Source: Schizosaccharomyces osmophilus (Eukaryota). From it: 64,000 nt of DNA. The translations under genes were made by a program, and so were the position numbers. Shown in pieces: positions 12,631 through 25,537 of this stretch; within the stretch, counting starts at the first letter, position 1, and each line of letters starts with the position of its first letter. The stretch is from NCBI RefSeq assembly GCF_027921745.1, contig NC_079238.1:2294001-2358000 (forward strand), read 5' to 3'. The notes under the pieces were generated by a model. It searched no databases and was not told the origin of the DNA. It saw only the letters and a list, made by a program, of their open reading frames with translations.

Positions 12631-13572
12631 TTATTGGTTAAAACGGGGAATAGGATTTTCAGTATTAATGGCAAAAAATTTACGCTCCATTCCTTCTTTA
12701 TTCAAGATAACCATTCGAATGGTACCACCACTGCTGCCATCACGCTCCATAGCAAGCGCGACAGCGAATTTAAGGAATTCGACGGCTTGCTCCTTTGTCA
12801 TATTTTCTTTAAAGTTGGCATCACAAAAACCGTAAATGAACTAACACGCAAAGTTAGTAATTAATCCTGAGCACTCTTGTTAAAAGAACAACATACCGCT
12901 GAACCACTACCTCCAATTGCCAGGGGTTGCTTGTGAAGACTTCCACCCAGAGGGATACTGTAAACTTCACCACCAGTTTTCTCATCATAGCCACCAATAA
13001 TGAGACCAGCACTCAACATGTTCTTGTTTGTATAACATAATTCAGAAGCCAAAGTCGCTGCCGTGTGGACAGTTGGAGTAATACCATATTGAACCCTACA
13101 TAGCATTAGCATCAAGGTCTTGTCAAGATATAAGGGTGTACGAAGGGATTTACGCTTCAGCTTTCATTGCAAACACCACCCAGTTAATTTGGTATAATAC
13201 TTACTCGTACATGGATAGATAATATCTCAAAATATCAGCCACAGCTTGAGTATCTGCGGCAGAACCACTTCTACAGCACCAAATGTTGTCAGTCAGTTGA
13301 GTCAACTTGTCCGTCACGCGATTGGCGATATAAGCACCTAAATGAAGGTGTTAGCTTTTTAAGGAAAATAGATCACTTCATTCGTAAATAACGTACCCAT
13401 TGTCGTCCTAGAGTCCGCGGCTAGAATCACTCCTTCATTGTATTTAAGGGCAGTAATGGTTGTACCCATACGAATTTCACTGTATGTTAGCGTACACATA
13501 AATACAAATTCCTTACCCCTTTTTTATGGAGTTGATATCAACATTTAACGGATCTGTTACACTAGTAGCCAT
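12631..13572 (-). CDS. pre3: 20S proteasome beta1 subunit
   Basis: Five exons (introns about 13480-13516, 13338-13396, 13096-13204, 12841-12896); propeptide then [27 protein letters not shown]. Confidence 0.94.
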
Positions 13573-14664
13573 CTTTGATGTATATCGGTAGAGGTGAAGT
13601 GCAAGTACAGGGATCACAGTATGCAACTTTATTAGGTAACATTGTAACTTGGTGCTTATAGGCAGACTGTTGTGTAAAATTGTCGTTTCTTAAATGTATC
13701 CTTTGAGTTTGAGAATATAGTAATTAATTAAACTTTTTTTTAATTGCATCCACAAAAAATGATGAAGCCAACTGAGTAGACGAAGTAAGCAAACTATGAA
13801 ATTGCTAAAACATGACTATTGAGGTAGTTCCTTCGTCTCCTTCATTAAGTACAAGTATTTTTATATCATCTGACTTGTTTCTATAATTTTTTAATCATCC
13901 TTTTTGGTATGAAAGAGAATTGTCAAACGTGTTTCTCAAAAACTATACTAAAAGTCTATAATGATATGGTAAAATAAAGGCTTTTGAACAGGTCTTTGGT
14001 TGCAAGTTTTATGGTTTATTATTAAATTCATTCGTAAATAAAAAAAAAAGAGCATCTTTATGCCTCATCAGAGATAGAGAAAAAAAAGGTTTGCTGATCC
14101 CTTCGCAATATCAATTACTTTTAATCATGAAAAATGAAAGGAGAAAGGGAAAGGAAGTCTCTCCAAAATCTTCTTATGGCCAAAAGCTTTCTTGCTCACT
14201 TGTTTATAATATCAATATCAACAAAATTTATTTATCGTACAGTTTTCATTGTTATCAAAACCGCATAAGAGAACTCAGCTTCTAATTATAAGAAAAGGTA
14301 AAAACCAATTTTAACAAATACTTTTCGGTATACTATTTTTGGTAGTTTTTTTTTTTTTTTTTTCTCTGCCTTTTGTTTATGTTTTTTATTTGTTTACTGC
14401 ATCCTATTGAGTGTGATGTAAAGATGACGGCTGATCCATCAGCATGTTTTACTACCTCCTCTGTTTACACTTGCCAACAGCGAACTACCTTACACAATAG
14501 CATTTTGACAAATAAACAAGAGTACTAACTTGTTTTGATCCTTTTTTTTGTCGTTCTTTTTATTTATACAATTTTTTTTTTTTTTTTTTTAAAGTTTCAT
14601 TTTACATTATCATCGGCCTTTGCTAGCACTGTTTAACATATATGCCGTAAAAGCTGTCAATAAA

Positions 14665-16530
14665 ATGGATTTGGATCAAAATCGTGTCCCGATGAGTGCA
14701 TTGCCAGACTATGCTGATCCGGATTATTTTGACCATGGTGCAATTAACAAGCAAACCAGTTTTCATCGCTCTTCTCCTAGACATTCTACCAGTCACATTG
14801 GTAGTGCAAAATCGCCAAATAATTATATTTTCGGAGACATCATTGGTGATGGATCGTATTCAGAGGTAAAATCTTGATTACAATGTTGATGTAGTACAAT
14901 TTTGCTTACAAATCAGGTGAAACGGGCTACTGACAAACGTAGCTGGAAGGAATTTGCCATAAAGGTGCTGGATAAACGTTACATAGTCAAAGAAAACAAG
15001 ATAAAATATGTTAATATTGAGCGTGATTCTATGATGAGGCTCAACGGGTTTCCTGGAATCGCTCGTTTATTTCACACATTTCAAGATGATCTGAAGCTTT
15101 ATTACGTTCTCGAATATGCCCCCAATGGTGAGCTACTACAATACATTAAAAAGGTAAGATCTGCTTGGTTTACAGATTGACAAATTTTTTTTCCTTGTCA
15201 AGGTTCCCAATCGGAATACATTCTAATAATCGTTTCCTTTAGTATCGCTTTTTGAATGAAGCTTCAGTTCAGTTTTATGCCGCCGAAATCCTTTCAAGTA
15301 TAGAGTTCATGCATTCCTGTGGTATCATACACCGGGACTTGAAGCCAGAAAAGTAAGTTTGAATATTATTGTATGTCAGCTAACAATTTTGCAGTATTTT
15401 GTTTGACCATAATATGCATGTTAAAATAACTGATTTTGGCACAGCTAAAATACTTCCGCCAAAGTACGCTAATAGCCCCGAATCCACCATGTTTTCGAGC
15501 TCGTTCGTCGGTACTGCTGAATATGTCGCACCAGAGCTACTTTCAAAACAAGTAGTATCTAAAAGGTAAGTCTAGTCTTTTTATCATTTAGCTTAAGGTA
15601 ATTAACTCTTGCAGTTCGGATGTTTGGGCATTTGCTTGTGTCGTTTTTCAGATGATTACTGGGTCTCCTCCTTTTCATGGTCGTGATCCGGGTGTGATTT
15701 TTAGAAAAATTATGAATTTGGAGTACGACTTGCCTAAGCATATGCCGATTGAAATGGTCCCGTTATTCACCTCTATCTTTCGTTTGCAAACGTTTGAGAG
15801 ACCATCTATCCAAGAATTGAAACAATTTTCCTTCTTTACTGACATTTCTTGGAAAGATTTATTTTTCCAGTCGCCTCCTCCATTGCAATCTTTTCGACCT
15901 AATTACCGTCATATTCCTGTGAATCCTCTTCCACCTACTTATCGGTCAAACATGACAGCAGCAGCAGCAGCTAGTGCTGCTGCTGCCCATGCTTCTGCAT
16001 CCATAGTGAGGCATCAGCCTAAATCTGTTTCTGACCAAAAGATAAAAAACAGAAAATCCACTTCCCCTCCTGCCCATTATGGACAGGCTACTTTGCGTAA
16101 TAATCAACCGTCAATGGATTTGTTGTACAGCAAGCTATTTCCTTCTAACGAATCAGTCCTTGTATCATCATCTGTTTTACTGAGTTTGACTGCTCCTCTG
16201 CCAGAGGGAGGTAAATTTCCCTCTGGAATTACAAAAATGTTTTTGAAAAAAAAATCCCGAGTAATGCTGTTAACGAACATGGGACGTTGCGTTTTCGTGA
16301 CGAAGGGGAAAAACGATAGAGTCTTAATTGACGCGGAAGTCAGTTTATATGATCCTTCAGTTGAAGTACGATTTGATGACAATAAATCCAAAAGATTCTT
16401 GCTTAATTTACAAACAGAAGCTTGGATCATTGAAGACACTTCTGAACATGTATCACGCTTGAGGGAAGTTATTAGTAAATTTAAGAAAAGCGATCGCCCT
16501 TCTTTGGATCCGTCTTCTCACGAAGACTAA
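14665..16530 (+). CDS. ppk21: PDK1-family Ser/Thr kinase with C-terminal PH-like domain
   Basis: GDGSYS, AIKVLDK, HRDLKPEN, DFG, SFVGTAEYVAPE across four introns (about 14866-14916, 15154-15242, 15353-15394, 15566-15614). Confidence 0.9.
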
Positions 16531-16896
16531 ACTTTTGGTTGTTCTATGACAATTTGTTTTATTTATTTTCTGGTTATTTTTTGCCCGTTTTTGTTATTAA
16601 TATGTTTAATAAATTTTTGTCTTTTCTTAAAGTTATCTTACATTACTTAAAAGTATCAAATCAAACAGAATTCAAAATTCATGAGTTCCCTAAATCTAGA
16701 GTAATAAAACGTTAATTATGTTGACTCTTGGTACCGGTGGTATCAAGGAAATTATTGGTACGAATTAGAATCCAAAATAGAAGACTGCAACATTATAAAG
16801 AAAGTGGAAAACCAAATAACACGAATGGAATTTTAAAGCAAATGCAAAGTGACGCGAACCCAGAAGATAAATAGAGAAACTAAAGCCCAAATTTTA

Positions 16897-18188
16897 CTAT
16901 TTTTTCAAAGCTATTTCAGAAGGCATTTTCTGCCAATAGTGTTGTATGCGGGCCAAGTAAGCATCGTCGTTCTGAATAGGAATAATACCTGATAACGCTT
17001 GCATAACGATCTCGAAATCAGCGTCCATTAAGGTATCCCACATTCCTCGTATTATGGCGAGCGATGATGCTTGTAATAATCTTATAGTCTGTCCTTCATT
17101 ACCCCCTAAAAGGAAAAGCAAGTCCCATATGCGAAGTTGGGTATGAAAAGGGACACATTGGTGAAATATTGTCAAATACCAGCGAGTAGCAAATGCAGAC
17201 GGTTCAGCTCCAATATTAGACAAATGTTTACCGGACGGTAGGTACTGTAACTCGTTCTTCAAATCATCAAACGCTTTTAATAAGACTTCAAATCCACATG
17301 AAAAGAGATCACCCATTCCTCTACGTTGCAGCATATTAACCATCATTATAAATGCAATTTCCTCGGGGTAATAAATTAGTAAAGTGGCTGCGATAGAAGC
17401 CATTCCTTGTACATAACCGACCTGAGGTAGATACAAAGCGACAGAGTGTAAAACTCGAAACAATAACCGTTGACCACCATTATAACGTTTACGAAACATG
17501 AAATGAGTAGCCGCAGTACGGGGAACATCTAAATCAATCTGTACATCGTATTCACATATTTTATCACACAATTCCTACAGAAAATTAGTTTTTTTGTGTT
17601 TTAGTCAAAGGGAATAGAACTTACATAGTAATGATTGACGAGATCGGAATCTGGGCATTTATCCATTAAAAATGACCACCAAGCTATCGAACGCCAGCAA
17701 TCAGGGATTCCCTTCATTGTTCTTTGAATTAATTTTCTGGTAACCCGAAACGAATGAAGCTGATTTCCAGACTCAAAATGTATAGTGCACATTTGTTTCC
17801 ACTTTTCAATTCGGGACAACTCACGCTCTGATAGTAACCGTTCATCTTTTTCGGGTTCCCTTGTCATGGGGGAAAAAATACTATCCTTGATATATTTAGA
17901 TAAGTCATCGCGACCGATGAGTTTTTTTCCCAAATGAAATGTATTGCTCTCTTTCTGTAATGAAAGATCCTTGGTGACTTTATAGAATCCAACGTTTACC
18001 AGACCCATATCATTGCGGAAGTTTCCGTAACGATCCACTTGTTCAGGAGTAGGACTTTTCGATCTTGCCTTTATAGTGGATTCCTTCTCAACAAGTTCTG
18101 CTGCCTCCAGATATTGATTATCGCCTAGTCGGTACAATTCTTGGATTCGTTGAAGAGCACAGGTTTTTCGGTTATCTAATTGTTCCAT
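16897..18188 (-). CDS. TBC-domain Rab GTPase-activating protein (SPBC1778.09-like)
   Basis: GIPDCWRSIAW, IDLDVPRT (Arg finger), YVQGM (Gln finger); intron 17575-17624 joins two ORFs. Confidence 0.9.
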
Positions 18189-19021
18189 GCTTTATGTTTA
18201 TGCTTGGAAACAATCGCAACAAAACAAATGAATATAAAAACTTCCTTAATCAATCAAATTAAAAAAAATAAAAGACAAATGAAATCAAACAAAGTGAAAC
18301 GCACTCAACAAGTTCCTCTAAGCCAAAATAGAAAAGTAATGTGCGACTTTTTGTCAATGTTTTTGTAAGGTCAAAAGGGACCTTCACTGATTAAAGATAC
18401 TGAACGCACTATCAAAATCTATTTATATAAAACCATTTATTTCTTTTTTTTCTTACTTATTTAGGTGGAACAAATCTCAAAACTCCCGAAAGGAGTTGAT
18501 TTAAACTAAACCAATATATTCCCTCTGAATTACTACATGACCAGGATAGTGCACTTACCTAAGAATGCCATAAAATAAACAACGTTCCAGTTCTTTATTT
18601 GTCGATAATATGTACTATACAACCATAAACAGTAATATGTGTGTATAAATAGTAGCATACTAATATGAGTAATACGTATGCTTATAAAAACGTAAAAGGA
18701 TAGATGCTACAAAAATTGTCTGTGGGAAGGCATACTAGAAAAATGTACTGCTCGCCTTTTGATACCCGTGTCTTTTAAAATTTGAATCGATTCATTCACT
18801 TCAAAAAGGTAACAAAACTTCTGCTCGTACGCTCGTCTTACTAGTAAACAAGCATTCGAAAAATATAAAATGCGGTTTCGGTAGTATTATATATTACACT
18901 TGTATTTTGTTAGAGTAATCAAACGCTGACGAAATAATCGTATCGAAAAGGTTATTCTGTAGCGGTTCACCATTGACAAAGGAACTTACCTAGAGACACA
19001 TACAGCAAAGAATTATAGACA

Positions 19022-19730
19022 ATGCCTGTAAGTGCGTATGTTTCTGATCGTGTTGTTAACGTATGATTTAGGCTTATCATTCTTCTTTTTTGAGCATCCC
19101 TAATGTTCCAACGACTGGCAACTTGGCCATGTTGCCGTTGAAAACAAAATTCCGTGGCCCTGCTTATCCAGGTAAGTTTTCGAGCATAGCTCTTGTATTT
19201 GATTTGTGCAGAAATGTTTTTTAAGATGCTTACTATTCGCTCAGCCGATGCAAATCAAATGGATATCATCGACGAATGTATTAGCCTTTTCCGCGCAAAC
19301 TGCTTTTTCCGTAACTTTGAAATTAAGGGCCCTGCCGATCGTACTCTGATTTATGGAACTCTCTTTATTAGTGAATGTCTAGGAAAACTGACTGGATTGA
19401 GCTGCCGTGATGCAGAACGTCACTTGAACAGTCTTGCTCTAGAGAACTTTTCCATCCCAGGTTCTCCTGGGTTTCCTTTGAATGCTCTTTATTCTCCTCC
19501 TGCCTCTACTCAGGAATCTGGTATGCTCTCTCTATCGAGACTTTTTATACGTTTTTGTTTCCCATTGATGGCTAACCGAGTCTCTAGAATTGATGCGTAG
19601 TTACCTTACTCAATTCCGCCAAGAATTGGCCTTCCGTCTTTTGTCCCATGTTTATGCTACAGAAAAGACACACCCTAGCAAATGGTGGACTTGTTTCAGT
19701 AAGAGACGATTTATGAACAAGGCTCTTTAA
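19022..19730 (+). CDS. arc3: Arp2/3 complex subunit ARPC3 (p21)
   Basis: ATGCCT|GTAAGT micro-exon, then AYHSSFL, FRANCFFRNFEIKGPADRTLIY, SKWWTCFSKRRFMNKAL; three introns. Confidence 0.95.
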
Positions 19731-19966
19731 TTATGATGTTGTATGAAATGTATGCTGTTTTTTGACTTTCAACAAAAAATTTTACAATCCATCGCTGTAT
19801 AGAGAAGGTCAGCGCTCAAGAGGAGTGGCTCAGGTTTTCGTCAAGGGTTGATTGAATATGTAAATTACACTATGGCTACGAATGCAGGAGCAATGTAGAC
19901 CATGTTCATCAAAACACCATGTTTTAATTAGTATGTAGAAAGAGTTTATAAAGAAAGCAATTTATT

Positions 19967-21128
19967 CTAAAATTGCTGTAAGTTTGCCTTTTGGATGCGG
20001 CTCACCCAAAAATGCGGGTGATAGATCCATTCCAACATGCTTCGCTTGTCTCCCATATATTTAGTGGCGGTGGAATCATGTTTTAATACTTCAAAGCCCA
20101 TTGAATCCATGATAAATAAGAGTTGATCCAACGTTAATTCAATGGTTGGATTTTCATGCTGAGAATCGCAGTCGTTTTCAAAATGATAGAGCAATGGGCC
20201 AACATTAATCCAATAACCTCCGTCTACCAAACAGTTTTTGATAACGTCCAAGTAACTCAAGATATTTTTGGCAGTATCTATGAAAAAACATGTGACAACA
20301 ACTTGGAATCTATTTTCACTCGACTTGTCTCCGTACACTTCTATAAAATCACCAGCGGCCATCGAAAAGAAGGCTCCATGATTGAGGCACTCGGAAGGCA
20401 CCACGTCGGGAATAGCTACTTCTGCTGCCTGATTATCTCTTGTAACATGGTTGGAAAAAGAATGTATATAGGGATGAATAACAAACTCATTGATTGTAGA
20501 TACACAGTTAAGCATATAGTGTGAAGTTAGTAACATGAAATAAGAAAATTCATTTCCCTGGCAAGAAAATCCTATGTACTAGTTAGTAATTCAGTTTTGA
20601 GACTTGACTGTGTCAGTCATTCGTACCTTGAGCGGCAATATCAAAGGCTAAGCGTCCCAAACCGGATCCAGGAACTAGAATGTGGATTTGTGAACGATCA
20701 ATCGAGCCCAATGGAAAGAGAGAATCCAACTCTTGAAGAATTGGTACATATGTTGCCTGCCTTTCGTTCGCGGATTCTTCACTCCAATCACGAGCAAGTT
20801 GTTTTAATGTGCCCGAAACCTTTTGCATCATTTCACTAGACACATGAAGGACATTGTTCACGTCAAAATTTGGATAAAACACGGGTATTCCTGCTTTGAC
20901 AATTGCATCTGCAACGACACTATTTCGCTTCACACAATCATCAAGTCTAGATAAATGTTTCAGAAAATTATTTTCACTGTCTTGTAACAATAAACCTTTA
21001 TGCTCAAAAGGAAGCTGAGACATCAACTTTCGTTTCTGTTGAATTAGGGTATGGCCATATTTCCGATATAAAACGAAAGCACTTAGCACTTGTTTTAAGA
21101 TCTTTTCTTCTTCTTCGTCGTATTCCAT
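19967..21128 (-). CDS. Carnosine N-methyltransferase (CARNMT1/N2227 family)
   Basis: RDWSEE, LVPGSGLGRL (SAM motif), FFIDTA, WINVGPLLYHF; intron 20572-20626. Confidence 0.9.
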
Positions 21129-22230
21129 ATATCTTTTTATTGTTGATTTGTAAAGTTTGGTGAACGGGGAAAGCCAATGAAAGTATGAAGTATCAATAGA
21201 TTATCCCAGTCGGCGACTCAGCTCTGTGGTTTATGGGCAAAACAAACTGTACAGACAATGAAAAGAAAGTTTTCAGTAAGAGAAGCGATCTTTTCTTTTT
21301 CTTTTAAAATAACGCTTTGGAAAAGCTTTGAAGTCGATGCCCCTTCATTCTTGCTGCAAGTGTAAAAAATAGAAGAGTTGATTTAAAAAGATTTCAACCT
21401 TCAGCGTTTACAGATTTTCTATTCTTATTCATGAGTTAGAGTAGCTGTTTCTCGTATGTCTCATAGTGTCTAGTGACTACCTATGGAAACTAAGAGCGTA
21501 GGCTCATAGTACTGGCTTAACGGTTGGAACCATAGACGAAGAAATAGTGCTACTTTTTTAATCGCTTCTTTCCCTATTTTATTCGAGAATTCCCCAGTCA
21601 CTTCTTTTTTGGCTCTTGTCAAACCATGTAAACAACATTGGTAGCACTTTTACCGTGCATTTCTTATCCTATTACCATGCATTTGAAATGTAGGAAACTG
21701 TGTCACTCAATTGGCATCTGAAAATTCCATTTAATATAGCATTATCTAGCAAATGTTCAAAGATTCAACTGAAGGAACAGGTTATTAGAAATGCTTATAA
21801 CAAGGCCATCAAAATGGATTATAAAATTTACAGTACCTTTTACGAACCGATCATCTTGTAAATTCCTTTTACATAGTTTATTATCCATTTCCAAAAATTT
21901 GTTTACTCATTAAAATACGCATATTCCATACAGTAATATCCATTATCCTATTAAGACTTAAATAAGGGTAGCATAATAATGTGTAATAGAAATAATCTTA
22001 AAGGGGATATTAACCAACGAGTGAGACTTATCTGATGCTGCACCATACACAACCAACAATGCTTTCCCAAGTAGAAAGTTTCGTTATACATCCTTTTGGT
22101 TCGTTATATTCATTTGAGCTCATCATGATGGACACTATAGACAACGACAATCCTTCTACTAACCACCACTGACAAAGCAAATCGTGGTTTTTCTTTTATA
22201 GTTTTTTGGTAGAAGGCTTTCCTTATAGAC

Positions 22231-24132
22231 ATGCTAGCTCTAAAGCTTCAAAAGAAGTTCACAGGGCTCTCCAATGAGGAGATTCTTTCCCTCACGGATC
22301 AGTTTAACAGGCTGGACGTCGATGGAAAAGGCTACTTGGATCAAGCGGCTACCATCAAGGCTTTTGAAGATTCAAAAAAGGGCTCGTACGATGAAGTACG
22401 CGAAGCGATTCGGGAGGTCGATATAGATTCGTCCGGTCGTGTTGAAGCTGAAGACTTTGTAGGGGTATGGAGATTCCGTAGCTGAAATAAACGCAACCAA
22501 TTATTAACCAAGTCCTTATAGATTTACGATGCTTTAAAGAAAGGTGTTGAAGGCACTGAGGTAAGAAAGGGCCGTATCACTATTAAAGGTTCTTCTTCTA
22601 GTGTCTCCCATACGATCAACGAGGAAGAACGCCGAGAATTCATAAAACATATAAATTCTGTTCTTGTCGGCGATGCTGATCTTGGCGAACGTATCCCCAT
22701 CAATACGGAGACTTTTGAGTTTTTTGACCAATGCAAAGATGGTTTGATTTTGTCCAAACTTATTAATGACAGTGTGCCAGACACCATTGATGAACGTGTT
22801 TTGAACAAATCAAAGAATAAAAAACCCCTTGACAATTTCAAAAGCATTGAAAACAATAATGTCGTAATCAACTCTGCCAAAGCCATGGGTGGTATTTCCA
22901 TCACCAACATTGGTGCTGGAGATTTATTAGAAGGTAGAGAACATCTCATTTTAGGTCTCGTCTGGCAAATTATCCGTCGTGGTTTGTTGGGTAAAATCGA
23001 TATTACCCTTCATCCCGAATTGTACCGCCTTTTGGAAGAAGACGAGACTTTAGACCAGTTCCTTCGTCTTCCCCCTGAGAAAATTTTGATTCGTTGGTTC
23101 AACTTCCATTTGAACGCTGCGAACTGGCATCGCAGAGTCTCCAATTTCTCTAAGGATGTTTCCGATGGTGAAAACTATACTGTCTTGTTGAACCAATTAG
23201 CCCCTGAACTTTGCTCACGTGCTCCCTTGCAAATCCAAAATGTTATGCAACGCGCTGAAAAGGTTTTAGAAAACTCAGAGAAGCTGAACTGTCGCAAGTA
23301 TCTCAGTGCTACTGCTATGGTTGCCGGCAATCCAAAACTGAACTTGGCCTTTGTCGCTCATTTGTTTAACACTCATCCTGGATTGGACCCCCTGAACGAA
23401 GAAGAGAAGCCAGAGATTGAACCGTTTGATGCCGAAGGTGAGCGCGAAGCTCGTGTATTCACTTTATGGTTGAATTCTCTTGATGTCGTCCCCAGCATTC
23501 ATGATTTCTTCAATAATTTGAGAGATGGTTGCATTTTGTTGCAAGCTTATGATAAAATTACTCCAACCACTGTCAATTGGAAGAGGGTAAACAAACCCCC
23601 AGCTTCTGGTGACGAAATGTTACGATTCAAAGCCGTGGAAAACTGCAACTATGCAGTTGATTTAGGTAAAGAACAAGGGTTTTCATTAGTCGGTATCCAA
23701 GGAGCCGATATAAATGATGGCTCTCGTACTTTAACATTGGCTTTGGTTTGGCAAATGATGCGCATGAATATTACCAAGACCTTGCATAGTCTTAGCCGTG
23801 GTGGTAAGACTCTTTCAGATGGTGATATGGTTGCTTGGGCAAACTCTATGTCTGCTAAAGGAGGAAGAGGTTCACACATTCGTTCTTTCCGTGATCCTTC
23901 ATTATCCAATGGAATCTTCGTCCTTGACGTACTTCATGGAATCAAAAGTGAATACGTTGACTATAGTCTCGTTACTGATGGCTCTACTGAGGAATTGGCC
24001 GTTCAAAATGCTCGTTTGGCTATTTCTATTGCTCGTAAGTTAGGAGCCGTCATTTTTATCTTGCCCGAAGATATTGTTAATGTTCGACCACGCCTTATCC
24101 TACACTTCATTGGAAGCTTAATGGCTGTCTAA
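22231..24132 (+). CDS. fim1: Fimbrin (EF hands plus four CH domains)
   Basis: EF-hand exon, intron 22465-22521, LILGLVWQII, GNPKLNLAFVAHLFN, LTLALVWQMMR. Confidence 0.96.
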
Positions 24133-24711
24133 AATCTCAATAATTGCCGTTTAAATGTCAACATTGTTGGTGGTTTAAACGTCATTTCTTCAATTATGAA
24201 GCTTTATAACAGCTGTTATGCCAGTGAATTATGCCGATTTAATTTTTGTTAAGATCCTTATGGGCTTTTATGTATCCTACTTCATCTACAGCGGAAGGAT
24301 TTACTCTTCCTAGCTTTTCGTTCGCACTTGCAAGGTGTACGAACTTTCTTTTCATAAACAATGCAGATTTCTTCGCATTTCACGTTACGTCTAAAATCTT
24401 CATTTTGATGATGACAGAGTTCATGTTAATAATGCTTGAAAAGTAGATTACATTTAAGCCTTCAAACGTTTAATAGTTATGAAAATTACTTTTTCCAGTA
24501 CCATATCTTGGATGAATTTAATTGTAAAACAACAATTTCTTTTTTTCTTATTAAAACCTTTTTTATTTTTATTTTTTAGTCTAGTGAGATCATCCTCCAC
24601 AACGCCTTCCCATAGTTACTCCGTACTTCATTATTACCTTAACAGGCAGCAAACACTAAATCCACCTTTATAATTTGACTTGTGCATTGTACATACGTCT
24701 AATATTATAAA

Positions 24712-25309
24712 ATGATAAAGCCGAAACAACTGGCTACTTTATTGAAGCAAGCGGTAGAGGAGAGCATGCCCAATGTCATGTAAGTGAAACGCGTATGCTT
24801 GACTGGTACTTTTCTGGATTGTGTGCGTCTAGAATTACAAAAAGTATTTAGAAGCATCGGAATCGTTTTCGGAATTTTGTAACTCATTCTCTAGGGTATT
24901 CACTAGTACTGGCTCTTTAATTTCATATGTATCCTACGGTGAACCAGACGATGCCCTCCAGCGATTAGATTTGGTGAAGAAAATTCGATCAACTTCTGCT
25001 TTAGCAGGAAATATATACTCATTATATTCAGGAACGAACCCCAGCCCGTTAGTAGCCGAATCTACAGATGACATTATCGCTCATCAACGGGACGTCCTCT
25101 TTGAAACTATAATCGAATTTGAAAAGGGAAAGCTACTGATAGCAGCTATTCCCACGGAAGGCTACCATGACTTATTGATGTCTAAAGAGCCTTTACTGCT
25201 TAGTATCGTAGGAACTGAACATGCCAAGGAGGGTATGATGCAGCTGAAATCCGAAAGGCTCAAAGATGCTATAACGAACGAGCTTTCTACTATTGGGAAT
25301 CTCGGATGA
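24712..25309 (+). CDS. lam2: Ragulator subunit Lam2 (LAMTOR2-like roadblock protein)
   Basis: Exon 1 MIKPKQLATLLKQAVEESMPNV, intron 24780-24894, in frame with ORF 24971-25309; resembles S. pombe SPBC1778.05c as recalled. Confidence 0.8.
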
Positions 25310-25537
25310 TCCGGAATGTGCTTTAAGAGGGAAGCAACGCTGCAACGAAGTACTTTAGACCAAAAAGTAAATGGATTGCTTATCCAAATAATTTATTCAT
25401 AAAAAATACTAATTTTAGAATGGTATACTGTGAAGAAAGGGGTTATATATACGGTAACCATTTTGGTTTTTTCCATTCATGGTTTTAAAATCGCTTGCTG
25501 AAAATTATCTTTTTAGTGGAACAGGGAATTAACGAAT

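Noticed and set aside
14410..14440. GTGATG...CTGA as a possible box C/D snoRNA
   Set aside because: Box C imperfect, spacing too short, no terminal stem or guide identified
19022..19027. Micro first coding exons (arc3 ATGCCT, lsm4 ATG only) and AAG acceptors (ncb2, pha2)
   Set aside because: Ordinary features of fission-yeast gene structure
21480..21610. Faint resemblance to 5S rRNA fragments and a Homol-D-like CAGTCAC
   Set aside because: Matches are only short scattered words; no full 5S sequence, and the Homol D box is imperfect
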